This document shows, piece after piece, positions 28,862-38,903 of a stretch of DNA of 64,000 nt (within the stretch, counting starts at the first letter, position 1; every line of letters starts with the position of its first letter). The DNA is taken from positions 32,001 to 96,000 of the forward strand of contig CAVYTU010000016.1 in the NCBI GenBank assembly GCA_963771465.1, in the 5' to 3' direction. A program made the position numbers and the translations under genes. The notes under the pieces were generated by a model. It was not told the DNA's origin. It did not search any database and was given only the letters and a program-made list of their open reading frames with translations. The stretch comes from an uncultured delta proteobacterium. Lineage in GTDB: Bacteria; Desulfobacterota; Binatia; UBA9968.

Positions 28862-30841
28862 ATGGATGAAGTACTGCTTTCAGAAGAAACCGCTCGCACG
28901 AGAGTGCTCAAAGGGCCGTTCGCCGCCATTACCCGCGCGCTGTTGATTCTTGTTCCCGTGCTCGGAGTGATATTTCTGCTCGAAGGACCACAGCGCATCG
29001 GCTGGCTCATTTTCGGTGAGCAGTATATGGGGCTGTTCTTAGCGATGACGTTGTGCGCGACATTCTTAACGGTCCCGGAGGGAACGTGGGGCCATAGCGA
29101 CACGGTGCCTTGGTACGACCTGCTCGCCGCCGTGGGCGGACTCGCGGTCGGACTTTACATCTTCGTTTTTTACCCCGGCATGGTTAATTCGTTGGGGGAA
29201 ATTCATCCCGACCGGGTGATTATGGGTTGCATCGCGGTGGTGCTGCTTGCCGAAGCGTCCCGGCGGCTGACCGGTTGGTCGCTGGTGATCATCGCGGCGA
29301 TCTTTCTCTTCTATGCTTTTTTCGCCTATTGGTTTCCCGGTCCGTTCTACGGCCGGGGCTGGACGGTCAATCGAATCGCGACTTATCTGTATCTCGACCG
29401 CAACGGAATTTTCGGCCAGTCTCTGGAAGTCGCCGCGGGAATCGTTCTGGTTTTCATCCTATTTGGCAATGCGCTCTATGCCATTGGCGGCGCGGCGTTC
29501 TTGACGGATTTTTCCCTCTCACTGATGGGCCGTTTTCGCGGCGGGCCTGCCAAGATGGCGATTGTGTCGTCGAGCTTGTTCGGCACCATCAGCGGCAGCG
29601 CCGTGGCCAACGTCGTAGTGGACGGCACGATGACTATTCCAATGATGAAAAAATCCGGCTACCCACCGCATATAGCCGCCGCCGTCGAAGCCACGGCATC
29701 GACCGGGGGACAGATTATGCCACCGGTCATGGGCGCGGCGGCATTTCTCATCGCGGAATATCTGCAGATGCCTTACTCTGAAGTGGCGCTGCGGGCCTTG
29801 GTGCCGGCCGTATTGTTTTATGTGGCGCTGTTCGTGCAAGTCGATCTGCTCGCCGGCAAGCACAAGCTTCGCGGTGTGCCTCGTGAGGAGTTGCCCAAGT
29901 TAGGTCCTGTCATGCGCAATTCGGCGGGCTTCTTGGTGCCGCTGGCGGTGCTGATCACGTTTCTCTTTTTCATTCCGAAGCGCCCCGAGGTTGCCGGACT
30001 GATAGCGACCGGCTCCTGTCTTGTCGTCGGCTGGGTGACGCCGGGCGTCAAACTGGGTTTGCGGGAGATCATCAACATGCTCGCCGATACCGGGCGCGGC
30101 TTGCTCGATATCGCGATCATCACCGGACTCGCCGGCATCATCATCGGCGTGTTGGCACTGACGAGTCTCGATTTCTCGTTGACCTTAGCGCTGTTAAATG
30201 TCGCGCAATCGAGCATTATTCTTTTGTTGGTCCTGACTGCAATCGTGAACATGGTGTTGGGTCTCAGTCTACCGACGACGGCGGTCTATATTCTGTTGGC
30301 GGTGCTGATCGGCCCGGCCTTGATCAAGGCTGGGATCATTCCGATTTCAGCACATTTGTTTATTTTTTATTTTGGTATGTTGAGCACCATCACACCGCCG
30401 GTTTGCTTGGCGGCCTATACCGCGGCTTCCCTCGCCAAGACCGATCCGATGAAAACCGGTTGGGAGTGCATGCGTTTGGGCGTGCTCGCTTACATCGTGC
30501 CGTTTATCTTCGCGCTATCGCCAAGCCTGCTTTTGATCGGCCCTTGGGAGAGCGTTGCGCCAACAATTTTTACGGCGTTGATCGCGACTTTTCTGTTGGG
30601 AGTGGGGTTGGTCGGTTATCTGTTTCGTCCCATTGGCGCGTTTCGGCGCTTGCTCTTTATCGTCACGGCCGCCGTTCTATTCGTTCCGATTATTCCATCA
30701 GGCAGTTTCGCTGTTATGAGCTGGTTAATTGACGGCTTCGGTCTAATGGCAGCGATTGCGTTAGTGACCACGGAATGGACGAGCCGGAGCAACGAAAAAG
30801 CGATCGGCGCGAATGAATCGGTAAGAGCACCGCTTAGCTAA
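28862..30841 (+). CDS. TRAP transporter fused 4TM/12TM permease (TAXI-type)
   Basis: RGGPAK, GTISGSAVANV, EATASTGGQIMPPVMGAAAF, ITPPVCLAA. Confidence 0.93.
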   Translation: MDEVLLSEETARTRVLKGPFAAITRALLILVPVLGVIFLLEGPQRIGWLIFGEQYMGLFLAMTLCATFLTVPEGTWGHSDTVPWYDLLAAVGGLAVGLYIFVFYPGMVNSLGEIHPDRVIMGCIAVVLLAEASRRLTGWSLVIIAAIFLFYAFFAYWFPGPFYGRGWTVNRIATYLYLDRNGIFGQSLEVAAGIVLVFILFGNALYAIGGAAFLTDFSLSLMGRFRGGPAKMAIVSSSLFGTISGSAVANVVVDGTMTIPMMKKSGYPPHIAAAVEATASTGGQIMPPVMGAAAFLIAEYLQMPYSEVALRALVPAVLFYVALFVQVDLLAGKHKLRGVPREELPKLGPVMRNSAGFLVPLAVLITFLFFIPKRPEVAGLIATGSCLVVGWVTPGVKLGLREIINMLADTGRGLLDIAIITGLAGIIIGVLALTSLDFSLTLALLNVAQSSIILLLVLTAIVNMVLGLSLPTTAVYILLAVLIGPALIKAGIIPISAHLFIFYFGMLSTITPPVCLAAYTAASLAKTDPMKTGWECMRLGVLAYIVPFIFALSPSLLLIGPWESVAPTIFTALIATFLLGVGLVGYLFRPIGAFRRLLFIVTAAVLFVPIIPSGSFAVMSWLIDGFGLMAAIALVTTEWTSRSNEKAIGANESVRAPLS

Positions 30842-30945
30842 AGCGGGCAGATTCAGTTGAGCGCCATCTATCTCAAGGAAGACGACGCAGTGGAATTGGC
30901 ATTACTGGCGTAGCGTTACTAATCACTCAACTACTTTGGCGCCGA

Positions 30946-31404
30946 TCACTTCATGCCATCGCAGATCGGCGCGAATTGTTGCAGGTCGATGACGCCGTTG
31001 GTTTGAACGACTGATTTGAATTCCGCGCCGAGAGTGAGTGGATTTTCACTCGCCGCACGGAGAAATCCGACGATCATCTGGCCGGGCTTCGGCTGCTCTT
31101 CCACTTTGACGATGTAACGATAGTTGCCGCGTTGGATCGCCAATGTGCGCACACTGCATAAAAGAAAAAACGACGAGTCCACCGAAGAGCCAATTTTCTT
31201 GATGTCGATTTGCAGCACCGACGCGCGCGGACGCCGGTCAATTTCTCTGACGACGATATCCATCTTGCCATCGCCCAAGCGCTTTGAGTCGGATTCGAAA
31301 AGTTGACCGTGCGCCGGCGGGCCTACGAATAGTGCCAAGTTGATGAAAGCAACGCGCAGGAGCTTAGCCATTGACCGCATCGGAGTCCTAGTCGAGGCGC
31401 TCAC
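30946..31404 (-). CDS. Secreted hypothetical protein
   Basis: Signal-peptide-like N-terminus, two Cys, GTGA overlap with the upstream gene. Confidence 0.65.
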   Translation of the reverse strand: MSASTRTPMRSMAKLLRVAFINLALFVGPPAHGQLFESDSKRLGDGKMDIVVREIDRRPRASVLQIDIKKIGSSVDSSFFLLCSVRTLAIQRGNYRYIVKVEEQPKPGQMIVGFLRAASENPLTLGAEFKSVVQTNGVIDLQQFAPICDGMK

Positions 31405-32069
31405 TGCACAACGACGGCTTCGCCAAGATTGACGATGACTTCGCGAATATTGGCGGGAAGGTCAAAAGGCTTCTCCAGGTCGATACCGTTAGGATTGCTG
31501 CGGCTGCGCGTGTACGTGGCGAGCATTTCCTGGACGAGAGATTTAGGCAACGGTATGCCGTTCACCTCCGCCGACTGAAGTTTGAATTGGCCTTGGCCGC
31601 CGCGGGTGATGAGATCGCCGCGCACGAGCACGGGAATCTTGCCGCCGAAGAAATTTAAAGGCCCGGCGTTGCTTCGTTTGCTGCGCTTGCGCTTGAATTC
31701 GTCGACATCGACGACCACCCGCGCGGTGAGGCGAAAATTACTCAGCAGTCTTACTTCAGGCTCGGTGATGCCACTGGGAATTTTGTCTTTGAAGTTGACT
31801 CTGAGCGCGCTGTTCACTTCAGCTTCCGAGAATGCGGTGGTTTTGGCCGGCACCGGGGTTTGCTGGCCGTTGGCGATCACTGCATCGATTTTTTCTTGGA
31901 GCCGGTCGCGGCTTTCGACTGGCGTCTTGGCGGTGTCTACGCCGCTACAACTTAGCGTTACGGCCAGCATAGTTAGAGCCGTGCAGCGAGACATGGAACG
32001 TTGCATGATCCGTAGGATACGAACTCCCCGGGGCGCCTGCAAGGCGGCGTGAGTGCGATGAGAATTCAT
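31401..32069 (-). CDS. Hypothetical lipoprotein
   Basis: Lipobox-like TLSC, SEAEVNSAL and GIPLPKSL segments; true start probably downstream of 32069. Confidence 0.65.
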   Translation of the reverse strand: MNSHRTHAALQAPRGVRILRIMQRSMSRCTALTMLAVTLSCSGVDTAKTPVESRDRLQEKIDAVIANGQQTPVPAKTTAFSEAEVNSALRVNFKDKIPSGITEPEVRLLSNFRLTARVVVDVDEFKRKRSKRSNAGPLNFFGGKIPVLVRGDLITRGGQGQFKLQSAEVNGIPLPKSLVQEMLATYTRSRSNPNGIDLEKPFDLPANIREVIVNLGEAVVVQ

Positions 32070-32130
32070 TCACATCGCACGTCGACGCTGAAAAAGAATT
32101 CTCGCTTCGCTTGGAATGGCAATTGATCGG

Positions 32131-33153
32131 CTAATTCAACGGAGTGATATATTCTTTTCTGACAAAGCCGACGGCGTTGGCATGGGCGACTTTCACTTTG
32201 AGCCAGTCGCCCTTATTTTCGAGCAGGCTCAATTCGGTCTCGGCGTCGATTTCATGAACACGTTCGGCGGCAAAGCGCGGTTGCTGGCGAAGCGCGACGG
32301 CTTGGGTTGTCTTAATCATGGGAAAAGTTTGCGTTGGGTTGAGCTGAACTTTCGCCCGCGTGACCGCGTCTTGAGAAACCTTAGTCAGGCTGGCGATCAC
32401 CGGAGTCGCTTCAACTTGACCTGCCTTGGCGCTCATCGCCACAGCCGGTGTAACGCGGGCAACTTGAGTCGGTGCAAGGGCTTTTTGTTTTCCGTCCACA
32501 GCTCGTGTGCGCCGCTCCCACTGCACCACTGTGCTCGGGTCCATGCCTTTGGGAACGAAGAGTAAGGGAATTGTAATCTCCACCGGCTCCCTAGCGCCGG
32601 AGGGAAAGCTCCATTGACGCATTTCGCTGAGCACGAGGTTGGCAAAATCGGCGCTCGTGAGCTGGGACTTCAACGGCTCGATGCGCGCGACCTTGCCGGA
32701 TGCGGCGACGAATAGTCTAAGCAGCATGCTGCCGATCGCCTCTTGGTGCGGCGAGCTCCAGCTTGCGTAGAGTTGATGCAGTCCAGCGAGCTGCTCGACG
32801 GCGGCAGCTTCGAAACGGTCTTTCACCGCGGCAGAAAGGTTTTCACCATGGATGGACATGCCGCTGGCGTCGACCGCCAGGACGGGGCTCTCGCTTGGCG
32901 CTGTCGTGGCGGCGAGAAAATTAGCAAGCGAAAATTGGAATCCCTGCGTGTGCTTGCTTAATACGCCGACACCGATTGGCAGCGTCATCAGTGCAGTCGC
33001 AGCGAAGCTCAAACACGCGTACTTTAAAGATTTGCGATTCGACAATATATGGCACAATTCGTCGAGCCAGTAGTTTGCTTTGTTCGGCATGGCGACGGGA
33101 TTTATCCCCGCGGGTTCAAATGGTGGCTTCGAGGTATGGATAATTGTTTCCAT
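32131..33153 (-). CDS. Membrane-anchored protein with TonB-C/AgmX-like domain and C-terminal bacterial SH3 domain
   Basis: One TM helix; G.MLLRLFVAASGKV...WSFP...ITIPLLF; ALRQQP...ENKGDWLKVK...VGFVRKEY; GGAGG RBS. Confidence 0.72.
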   Translation of the reverse strand: METIIHTSKPPFEPAGINPVAMPNKANYWLDELCHILSNRKSLKYACLSFAATALMTLPIGVGVLSKHTQGFQFSLANFLAATTAPSESPVLAVDASGMSIHGENLSAAVKDRFEAAAVEQLAGLHQLYASWSSPHQEAIGSMLLRLFVAASGKVARIEPLKSQLTSADFANLVLSEMRQWSFPSGAREPVEITIPLLFVPKGMDPSTVVQWERRTRAVDGKQKALAPTQVARVTPAVAMSAKAGQVEATPVIASLTKVSQDAVTRAKVQLNPTQTFPMIKTTQAVALRQQPRFAAERVHEIDAETELSLLENKGDWLKVKVAHANAVGFVRKEYITPLN

Positions 33154-33502
33154 ATCTACCTCCCAAGGCCGTCAAATCTGTCCATAATGTGCCGATCGGG
33201 TTTTCCAAAGCTGTGCAAATTTTGCCGGTGCGTTCTTCATGGCCGCTTTACGCCGCGACTAATTTGATGAAACGGCGTGAATTAACGTGACACCGAAGGC
33301 CGCGAGATCGAATTGCCGGCAAAGTTGACGGATTTGCTTCGTATAATCAGCAACGTCCGTGCCAGTGATAAAAGAGGGATTTAACTATCGATGGGCGAGA
33401 TGCCGGAGCCCGCTCGGGTGATCAACAATGCTTGGAGATGCGCCGGCGTTAACCCGGATTGCGCAGTTGAAATTGAAGCAGCGCGCGAGATTTTCCTCGG
33501 TG

Positions 33503-34268
33503 TTATCTCAGTTCAAACTCGAAGGTACTGACGACGCGGATTTTTTTTACCGGTGTGCTGGTGGGGCTATACGGTCCCGACTCGTCGTTGCCGTCGCTGC
33601 CGAAGATTTGGATCGATCCCTGATTGGCCGAATGAATCTTGCCGACCGCGGCGCCCGAGTCGGCGGCAAATTGCTGCGCGATGGTGCGCGCGTTTTTGGT
33701 CGCCTCGGCGAGCAGCTGCGGCCGGAGGTCGTTGAATTTTGATACAGTGTAACGTGGATTGGCCGCGTTGCCTTCGCGCTCGCCGTCGAGTATCACGCCG
33801 GCTTTCAAGAGTTGCTTCGGTCGATCCGAGGGACTTTTGCACCAACTCGATGTTCGCCGTGCGCACGACGACAGCGGTGGTGACCAGATAGCGTAGCCGC
33901 TCATTGGCTTGCGGCTGGCCGTAGTCGCGGGCGAGCTTGTCGATGGTGCGGATCGGTTGGCGCGTGATCTCACTCTCTTTGAATCCCTGCTTGTGGAGAA
34001 AAAGATTGACCGCTTCGCGATCGGCGCTGACTCTGGTGTGAACGTCTCTTAAGTCGTCGCTGGCGCGCCGCAAACTAAGCGTCCATACCGCCTCATCGGC
34101 TTTGACTTCTTTTTCCACCAGACCTTTGACGGTTACGGTGTGCGCTTCCGACTTGAATCGGGCGGTGCCGCGGCCGACGTAATAGCCGGCCGCGGTGAGG
34201 CCGACCAGCAGGCAAACTCCAACGATGAGCGCGGCGATCAGTATCGGTCGGCTATCATTGTCTCCCAT
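33503..34268 (-). pseudogene. SIMPL (DUF541) domain protein split by a +1 frameshift
   Basis: N-half (VTVKGLVEKEVKAD) in ORF 33567-34268 and C-half (LRPQLLAEATKNAR...ANQG...KKIRVV) in ORF 33503-33973; removing one base near 33815 gives STEQLLKAGV. Confidence 0.8.
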
Positions 34269-34305
34269 CGGTTGCGTCCTCCACTGTTCTCAATAGAGCA
34301 CAGAG

Positions 34306-34321
34306 TGTAACAAATTGCACA
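34306..34321. promoter_or_regulatory. TGT-N10-ACA upstream activator-like site
   Basis: TGTaacaaattgcACA about 70 bp upstream of a sigma-54 motif. Confidence 0.4.
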
Positions 34322-34392
34322 AAAATCTTGCTTTCCGGCAAGCACAGGTTAGTAAAACCTTTGGGTTTCAACGGGGATATCGGGACATTGAG

Positions 34393-34409
34393 CTGGCGCG
34401 TGTTTTGCG
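34393..34409 (+). promoter_or_regulatory. Sigma-54 (-24/-12) promoter
   Basis: CTGGCGCGTGTTTTGCG is close to the consensus YTGGCACG-N4-TTGC. Confidence 0.7.
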
Positions 34410-34465
34410 AACTTCCGTAACGAGCGAATATCGAGCAGCTCAATTCAAGTTAGCTGGAGGTGGCA

Positions 34466-34630
34466 ATGGGTTCCGAACTGATCACTTACGGTTTACTGGC
34501 GAGCATCTTCATCGTCACCGGACTGCGCATGTTTATCGAAAAGCCCAAAGCGGTACGCGAAGTTGGCGAGCAGCCGTGGCAAGGTTTGAAGCGGCGCAAA
34601 GAGCCGCGCAGCGCGTCGACCGATTCCTAA
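34466..34630 (+). CDS. Small single-pass membrane protein (54 aa), below the ORF-track cutoff
   Basis: GGAGGT RBS then MGSELITYGLLASIFIVTGLRMFIEKPKAVREVGEQPWQGLKRRKEPRSASTDS*; hydrophobic N-terminus and basic tail. Confidence 0.7.
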   Translation: MGSELITYGLLASIFIVTGLRMFIEKPKAVREVGEQPWQGLKRRKEPRSASTDS

Positions 34631-34688
34631 TCCGCTACGACACAGATCGTGGCGGAGCCGCCGCTCTTTCCTGCCGAGCGCCGGGCGT

Positions 34689-35690
34689 TTAGCTCTTCTT
34701 TTGGAACTGTTTGAAGAAGCCTTCCTTTTCGATTTCTTTCAAAAAGCGCGTGTCGACGAACTCCTCGGGCTTTTTGCCCTTGGCCGCCGGCACACGAGCG
34801 GCGACTTCCTCGATGGCGTTGCGAATACCTTCGAGGTTGGGATTGGCGCTGTAGTCGGTGACTTGCAAGAAGCTCTTGTGAGTCGCTTCGAGAATTTCCG
34901 GGTCGCTGCTCTTGAGATACTTGGTGATGATTTTCTTGGTTTCGTCTTTATTCGTCGCGGCGTAGTGAATCGCTTCGATAAAGCCTTTTAGAAAATTCTT
35001 CACCTGCTGCGGCTGCTCGCGGTTGAACCGCTCGCTGGTTTCGATCACGAGTTGCGGATAGGCGATGCCGAGATCGGCGATGTTGACCAGTATATTCAAG
35101 CCCTGTTTTTTTGCCGTCAGGTCCAATGGCGGAGAAACCAGCGTCGCATCGAGTGAACCGGCCAGTAACGCTTGCAGCCGGCTCGGCTGGGTGCCGCCCT
35201 GTAGAACGATAAAGTCTTTCATCGGATCGAGGCCAAATCGTTTGCTCACCAATCGGATCGCCGTGTCGGTTCCCGAACCGAATCGGCTGATGCCAACTTT
35301 TTTGCCCTTGAGCTGCTCCCACTTGGTAATGCTTTTCGTTGTCACTACACTGTAAGGCAGCGTGTTGACCATCGCCGCGACGATGATCGAGTCGGCGCCT
35401 TGGGTGCGTGAGGCGATCGTGGTGGGACCGGAGTTGATCGCGAAGCTGACTTCGCCGGTGCGCGCGACCTGTGCCAAAGTAGAGCCGGCTTCGAAAAGAA
35501 TCACCCGCACGTCCAGGCCGTGTTTGCGCCATAGCCCGGCATCCTGGGCTAGATAAGCATAGACTAAATTGACCGCCGGACCGGCGACCCCGGCCATCAC
35601 CGGATTTTCGCCGCGCGCTTGGAAGGGAACGGCGAGCGTCAACAGCAGGAATAAAAACGCACCAATCATCAAGCAGTTTATTTTTTTCAC
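34689..35690 (-). CDS. ABC transporter substrate-binding protein (NMT1/SsuA-like)
   Basis: GLWRKHGLDV, GISRFGSGTD, FVDTRFLKEIEKEG; signal peptide. Confidence 0.9.
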   Translation of the reverse strand: MKKINCLMIGAFLFLLLTLAVPFQARGENPVMAGVAGPAVNLVYAYLAQDAGLWRKHGLDVRVILFEAGSTLAQVARTGEVSFAINSGPTTIASRTQGADSIIVAAMVNTLPYSVVTTKSITKWEQLKGKKVGISRFGSGTDTAIRLVSKRFGLDPMKDFIVLQGGTQPSRLQALLAGSLDATLVSPPLDLTAKKQGLNILVNIADLGIAYPQLVIETSERFNREQPQQVKNFLKGFIEAIHYAATNKDETKKIITKYLKSSDPEILEATHKSFLQVTDYSANPNLEGIRNAIEEVAARVPAAKGKKPEEFVDTRFLKEIEKEGFFKQFQKKS

Positions 35691-36022
35691 TTATTCCCCA
35701 AATCTTTGAAGCCTGCCAGCTCCTATCACAGTCTTGCCTATTAGGATAATCGTCACTAACGATCGGTTGTATGAGGTCGAATTCGCGTCTCAAACGACCT
35801 GCAGCGAAAACCCGCGGCGGCTGGAAGAATTTCCCAGACATTAGCTGGTGTCGATGGATTATGCGAGTGGCTCAGGGGCGCGCAGGGTCCAAACGCTCTC
35901 ATTGTCCCGTAAGCTCGCGCGATTATCCACGGGACGCTGGGACGCCGTATTCCCATGCTTGCAAATGGCTTGGTGCCATAGTTTATTGAACCTCTCACGG
36001 TGGCAAATTTTAGGAGCGATGT

Positions 36023-37696
36023 ATGGCTGACAATTTAAAACCGCGCAGCGGCGCGATCACCGATGGGCCGGACCGGGCGCCGTCTCGGGCGATGCTCAAG
36101 GCGGTGGGCTTTTCCGACGATGATTTGCGTAAACCGATCGTCGGCGTGGCCAATACCTGGATCGAGATCGGGCCGTGCAATTTTCACTTGCGCCGGTTGG
36201 CGGCGAAGGTAAAAGAAGGCATCCGCGCCGCCGGCGGCACACCGATGGAGTTCAACACGGTGTCGATTTCCGACGGCATTAGCATGGGCGTCGAAGGCAT
36301 GAAGTGCTCGCTGATCAGCCGCGAGGTGATTGCCGATTCGATTGAACTGGTCGCCCGTGGCAATCATTTTGACGGGCTCGTGTGCTTATCGGGTTGCGAC
36401 AAGACCAATCCCGGCGTTGTCATGGCGCTGGCTCGTCTCGATATTCCGGGCCTGGCGCTTTACGGCGGATCGATCGCGCCGGGCCATTTGGGCGATAAAG
36501 ATTTGACCATACAAGACGTCTTCGAAGCGGTGGGCGCGTACGCGAGCAAACGCATCGACGCCGACCAATTTGTCGCCGTGGAAAATGCCGCATGCCCCGG
36601 CGCCGGCGCATGCGGCGGACAATTCACTGCCAACACCATGTCGACGGTGATGGAGTTTCTCGGCATCTCACCCATGGGAAGTAACGGTATTCCCGCCACC
36701 GTCGCGGAAAAAGACGAAGCGGCATTTAACGCCGGCAAGCTGGTGATGGATATGCTGCGGCGCGATTTGCGCCCGTCGAAAATCATTACGCGAAAATCGA
36801 TCGAGAACGCCATCGCATCGGTGGCAGCCACCGGCGGCTCGACCAACGCGGTGTTGCATTTGCTCGCCATCGCACGCGAAGCGGGCGTTGAATTGAATAT
36901 CGACGACTTCGACAAGATCAGCGATCGCACGCCGTTGATCGCCGACTTAAAACCCGGCGGACGCTTTGTCGCCAGCGATCTCTATCACGCCGGCGGCATT
37001 CAGCTGGTCGCCAAACGCTTGATCGACGCCGGCTTGATTCACGGCGATACGATTACGGTGACAGGCAAGACGATTGCCGAATCGGCGGAGATGACCAAAG
37101 AAACCGCGGGACAGGAAGTGGTGCGGCCGATGGCCAACCCGCTCAAGGCGACCGGCGGTCTGGTGATTCTCAAGGGCAATCTTGCGCCGGAAGGCTGCGT
37201 GGTTAAAGTCGCCGGCCATGAACGAATGATTCATCGCGGCCCGGCGCGGGTTTTTGATCGCGAAGAAGACGCTTTCGCTGCCGTGCAGGCGGGAAAGATC
37301 AAAGACAATGACGTGGTGGTGATTCGTTACGAAGGGCCCAAGGGCGGGCCGGGGATGCGCGAGATGCTCGGCGTAACTGCCGCGCTGGTTGGCGCGGGCT
37401 TGAGCGATTCGGTTGCGCTGATCACCGACGGCCGCTTCTCCGGCGCGACCCATGGATTGATGGCCGGCCACGTCGCACCGGAAGCCGCTCACGGCGGCCC
37501 GATCGCCGCGTTGCGCGATGGCGACTCCATCGTATTCGACATCAAAGCGCGGCGCTTGGACGTGGAGATTTCCGAGCAAGAATTGAAATCGAGGCTAAGC
37601 ACATGGAGAGCGCCGGAACCGCGTTACAAGACCGGCGTGATGGCGAAGTACGCGAAGTTGGTTTCATCGGCATCCGAAGGCGCGGTGACGGGGTAA
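36023..37696 (+). CDS. ilvD: Dihydroxy-acid dehydratase
   Basis: [56 protein letters not shown]. Confidence 0.97.
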   Translation: MADNLKPRSGAITDGPDRAPSRAMLKAVGFSDDDLRKPIVGVANTWIEIGPCNFHLRRLAAKVKEGIRAAGGTPMEFNTVSISDGISMGVEGMKCSLISREVIADSIELVARGNHFDGLVCLSGCDKTNPGVVMALARLDIPGLALYGGSIAPGHLGDKDLTIQDVFEAVGAYASKRIDADQFVAVENAACPGAGACGGQFTANTMSTVMEFLGISPMGSNGIPATVAEKDEAAFNAGKLVMDMLRRDLRPSKIITRKSIENAIASVAATGGSTNAVLHLLAIAREAGVELNIDDFDKISDRTPLIADLKPGGRFVASDLYHAGGIQLVAKRLIDAGLIHGDTITVTGKTIAESAEMTKETAGQEVVRPMANPLKATGGLVILKGNLAPEGCVVKVAGHERMIHRGPARVFDREEDAFAAVQAGKIKDNDVVVIRYEGPKGGPGMREMLGVTAALVGAGLSDSVALITDGRFSGATHGLMAGHVAPEAAHGGPIAALRDGDSIVFDIKARRLDVEISEQELKSRLSTWRAPEPRYKTGVMAKYAKLVSSASEGAVTG

Positions 37697-37708
37697 TCGA
37701 GCATCAGC

Positions 37709-38734
37709 ATGAAACGACGGAATTGTTTTCGGATGATTGCTCAAGTTCGTAAACTTCTTGGTCCGTGGATTTTACTATTCGCTGTGGCCGGCTGCGCGCT
37801 GCAAGAGCGCAAGCCAGCTTACGATGGCTGGAGTCTATTGGCGACCATGCCGGTAGCCAATTCTGAAATCGCCGTAGCCGAACTCGCTGGCAAGATTTAT
37901 GTCATCGGCGGTTATCCCTGGGATCGGAAAACAGTTGCCACGGTGCAGATGTACGATTCGGCCACCGACAAGTGGCAGAGCGTCGCGCCGTTACCGGTGC
38001 CGCTCAATCATGTCATGGCGGCGAGCGCCAACGGCAAGGTCTACGCTATCGGCGGGCAGACCAGTGAGAGCAGCGATCCCGACAAAGCCGGCTTCGTTAA
38101 CACAACGTATGAGTATGATCCCGCGGCAAATCGCTGGACGTCGAAGGCGCCGATGCCGACGCGGCGTGGCGGCGGAGGGTCGGCTGTCTTCGACGATAAG
38201 ATCTATGTGGCCGGTGGCCGGCCGCCGGGCGGCGCCGATTTCGCTGTGTACGATGCCAAAGCCGACCGCTGGACCACGCTGCCGAATTTGCCGACGCAGC
38301 GAAATCATTTGGCAGCGGACGCCGTCGACGGCAAGATTTATGTCGTCGGCGGTAGATTCGAAGGCGGATTTAGAAGCGAGCGAACCGACGTCATTGAAGT
38401 CTTCGATCCGAAAACCAATCAGTGGTCGAAGCGGCGGCCGATGCTCCGGCCGCGCGGCGGCGTGAATGGCATTTTTGCCAACGGCTGTTTTCACCTTTTC
38501 GGCGGTGAAGGCAATCCTGAGCATCCTTACGGTATCTATCCCGATCACGATTACTACAATCCAGTCACGGATAGCTGGCATCGATTGGAGAACATGCCGA
38601 TTCCCGTGCACGGCGTGACCGGCATGGCATTCATCAAAGGTCTGATCCATCTCACCGGCGGCGGCACGACCCAGGGGGGCAGCAGCGGCACGACGTTGCA
38701 TCAGGTGTACAAGCCGGCGATGAGCTGCAAGTAA
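37709..38734 (+). CDS. Kelch-repeat beta-propeller lipoprotein
   Basis: Lipobox VAGC; six GG-containing kelch repeats (KIYVIGG, KVYAIGG, KIYVAGG, KIYVVGG, FHLFGG, IHLTGG). Confidence 0.88.
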   Translation: MKRRNCFRMIAQVRKLLGPWILLFAVAGCALQERKPAYDGWSLLATMPVANSEIAVAELAGKIYVIGGYPWDRKTVATVQMYDSATDKWQSVAPLPVPLNHVMAASANGKVYAIGGQTSESSDPDKAGFVNTTYEYDPAANRWTSKAPMPTRRGGGGSAVFDDKIYVAGGRPPGGADFAVYDAKADRWTTLPNLPTQRNHLAADAVDGKIYVVGGRFEGGFRSERTDVIEVFDPKTNQWSKRRPMLRPRGGVNGIFANGCFHLFGGEGNPEHPYGIYPDHDYYNPVTDSWHRLENMPIPVHGVTGMAFIKGLIHLTGGGTTQGGSSGTTLHQVYKPAMSCK

Positions 38735-38903
38735 GAATTCCGCTCCAGTCTTCTTCGTTTGAGAGTTCGAGGTTAAAAGGGGCGGCGAGCCTCCCGTTTT
38801 CTATTTCTGTCCTGAATTGTTTGACAGGTTGCTGGACGGTTCGATAGGTTACGCTCCAACCCAGGCGGGCTATGATCGTGAGGGTGGGCAAGGAGATAAA
38901 TTC

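Noticed and set aside
34315-34692. 125-aa plus-strand ORF
   Set aside because: Starts at TTG upstream of the sigma-54 motif with no RBS; the 54-aa ORF in another frame has better signals
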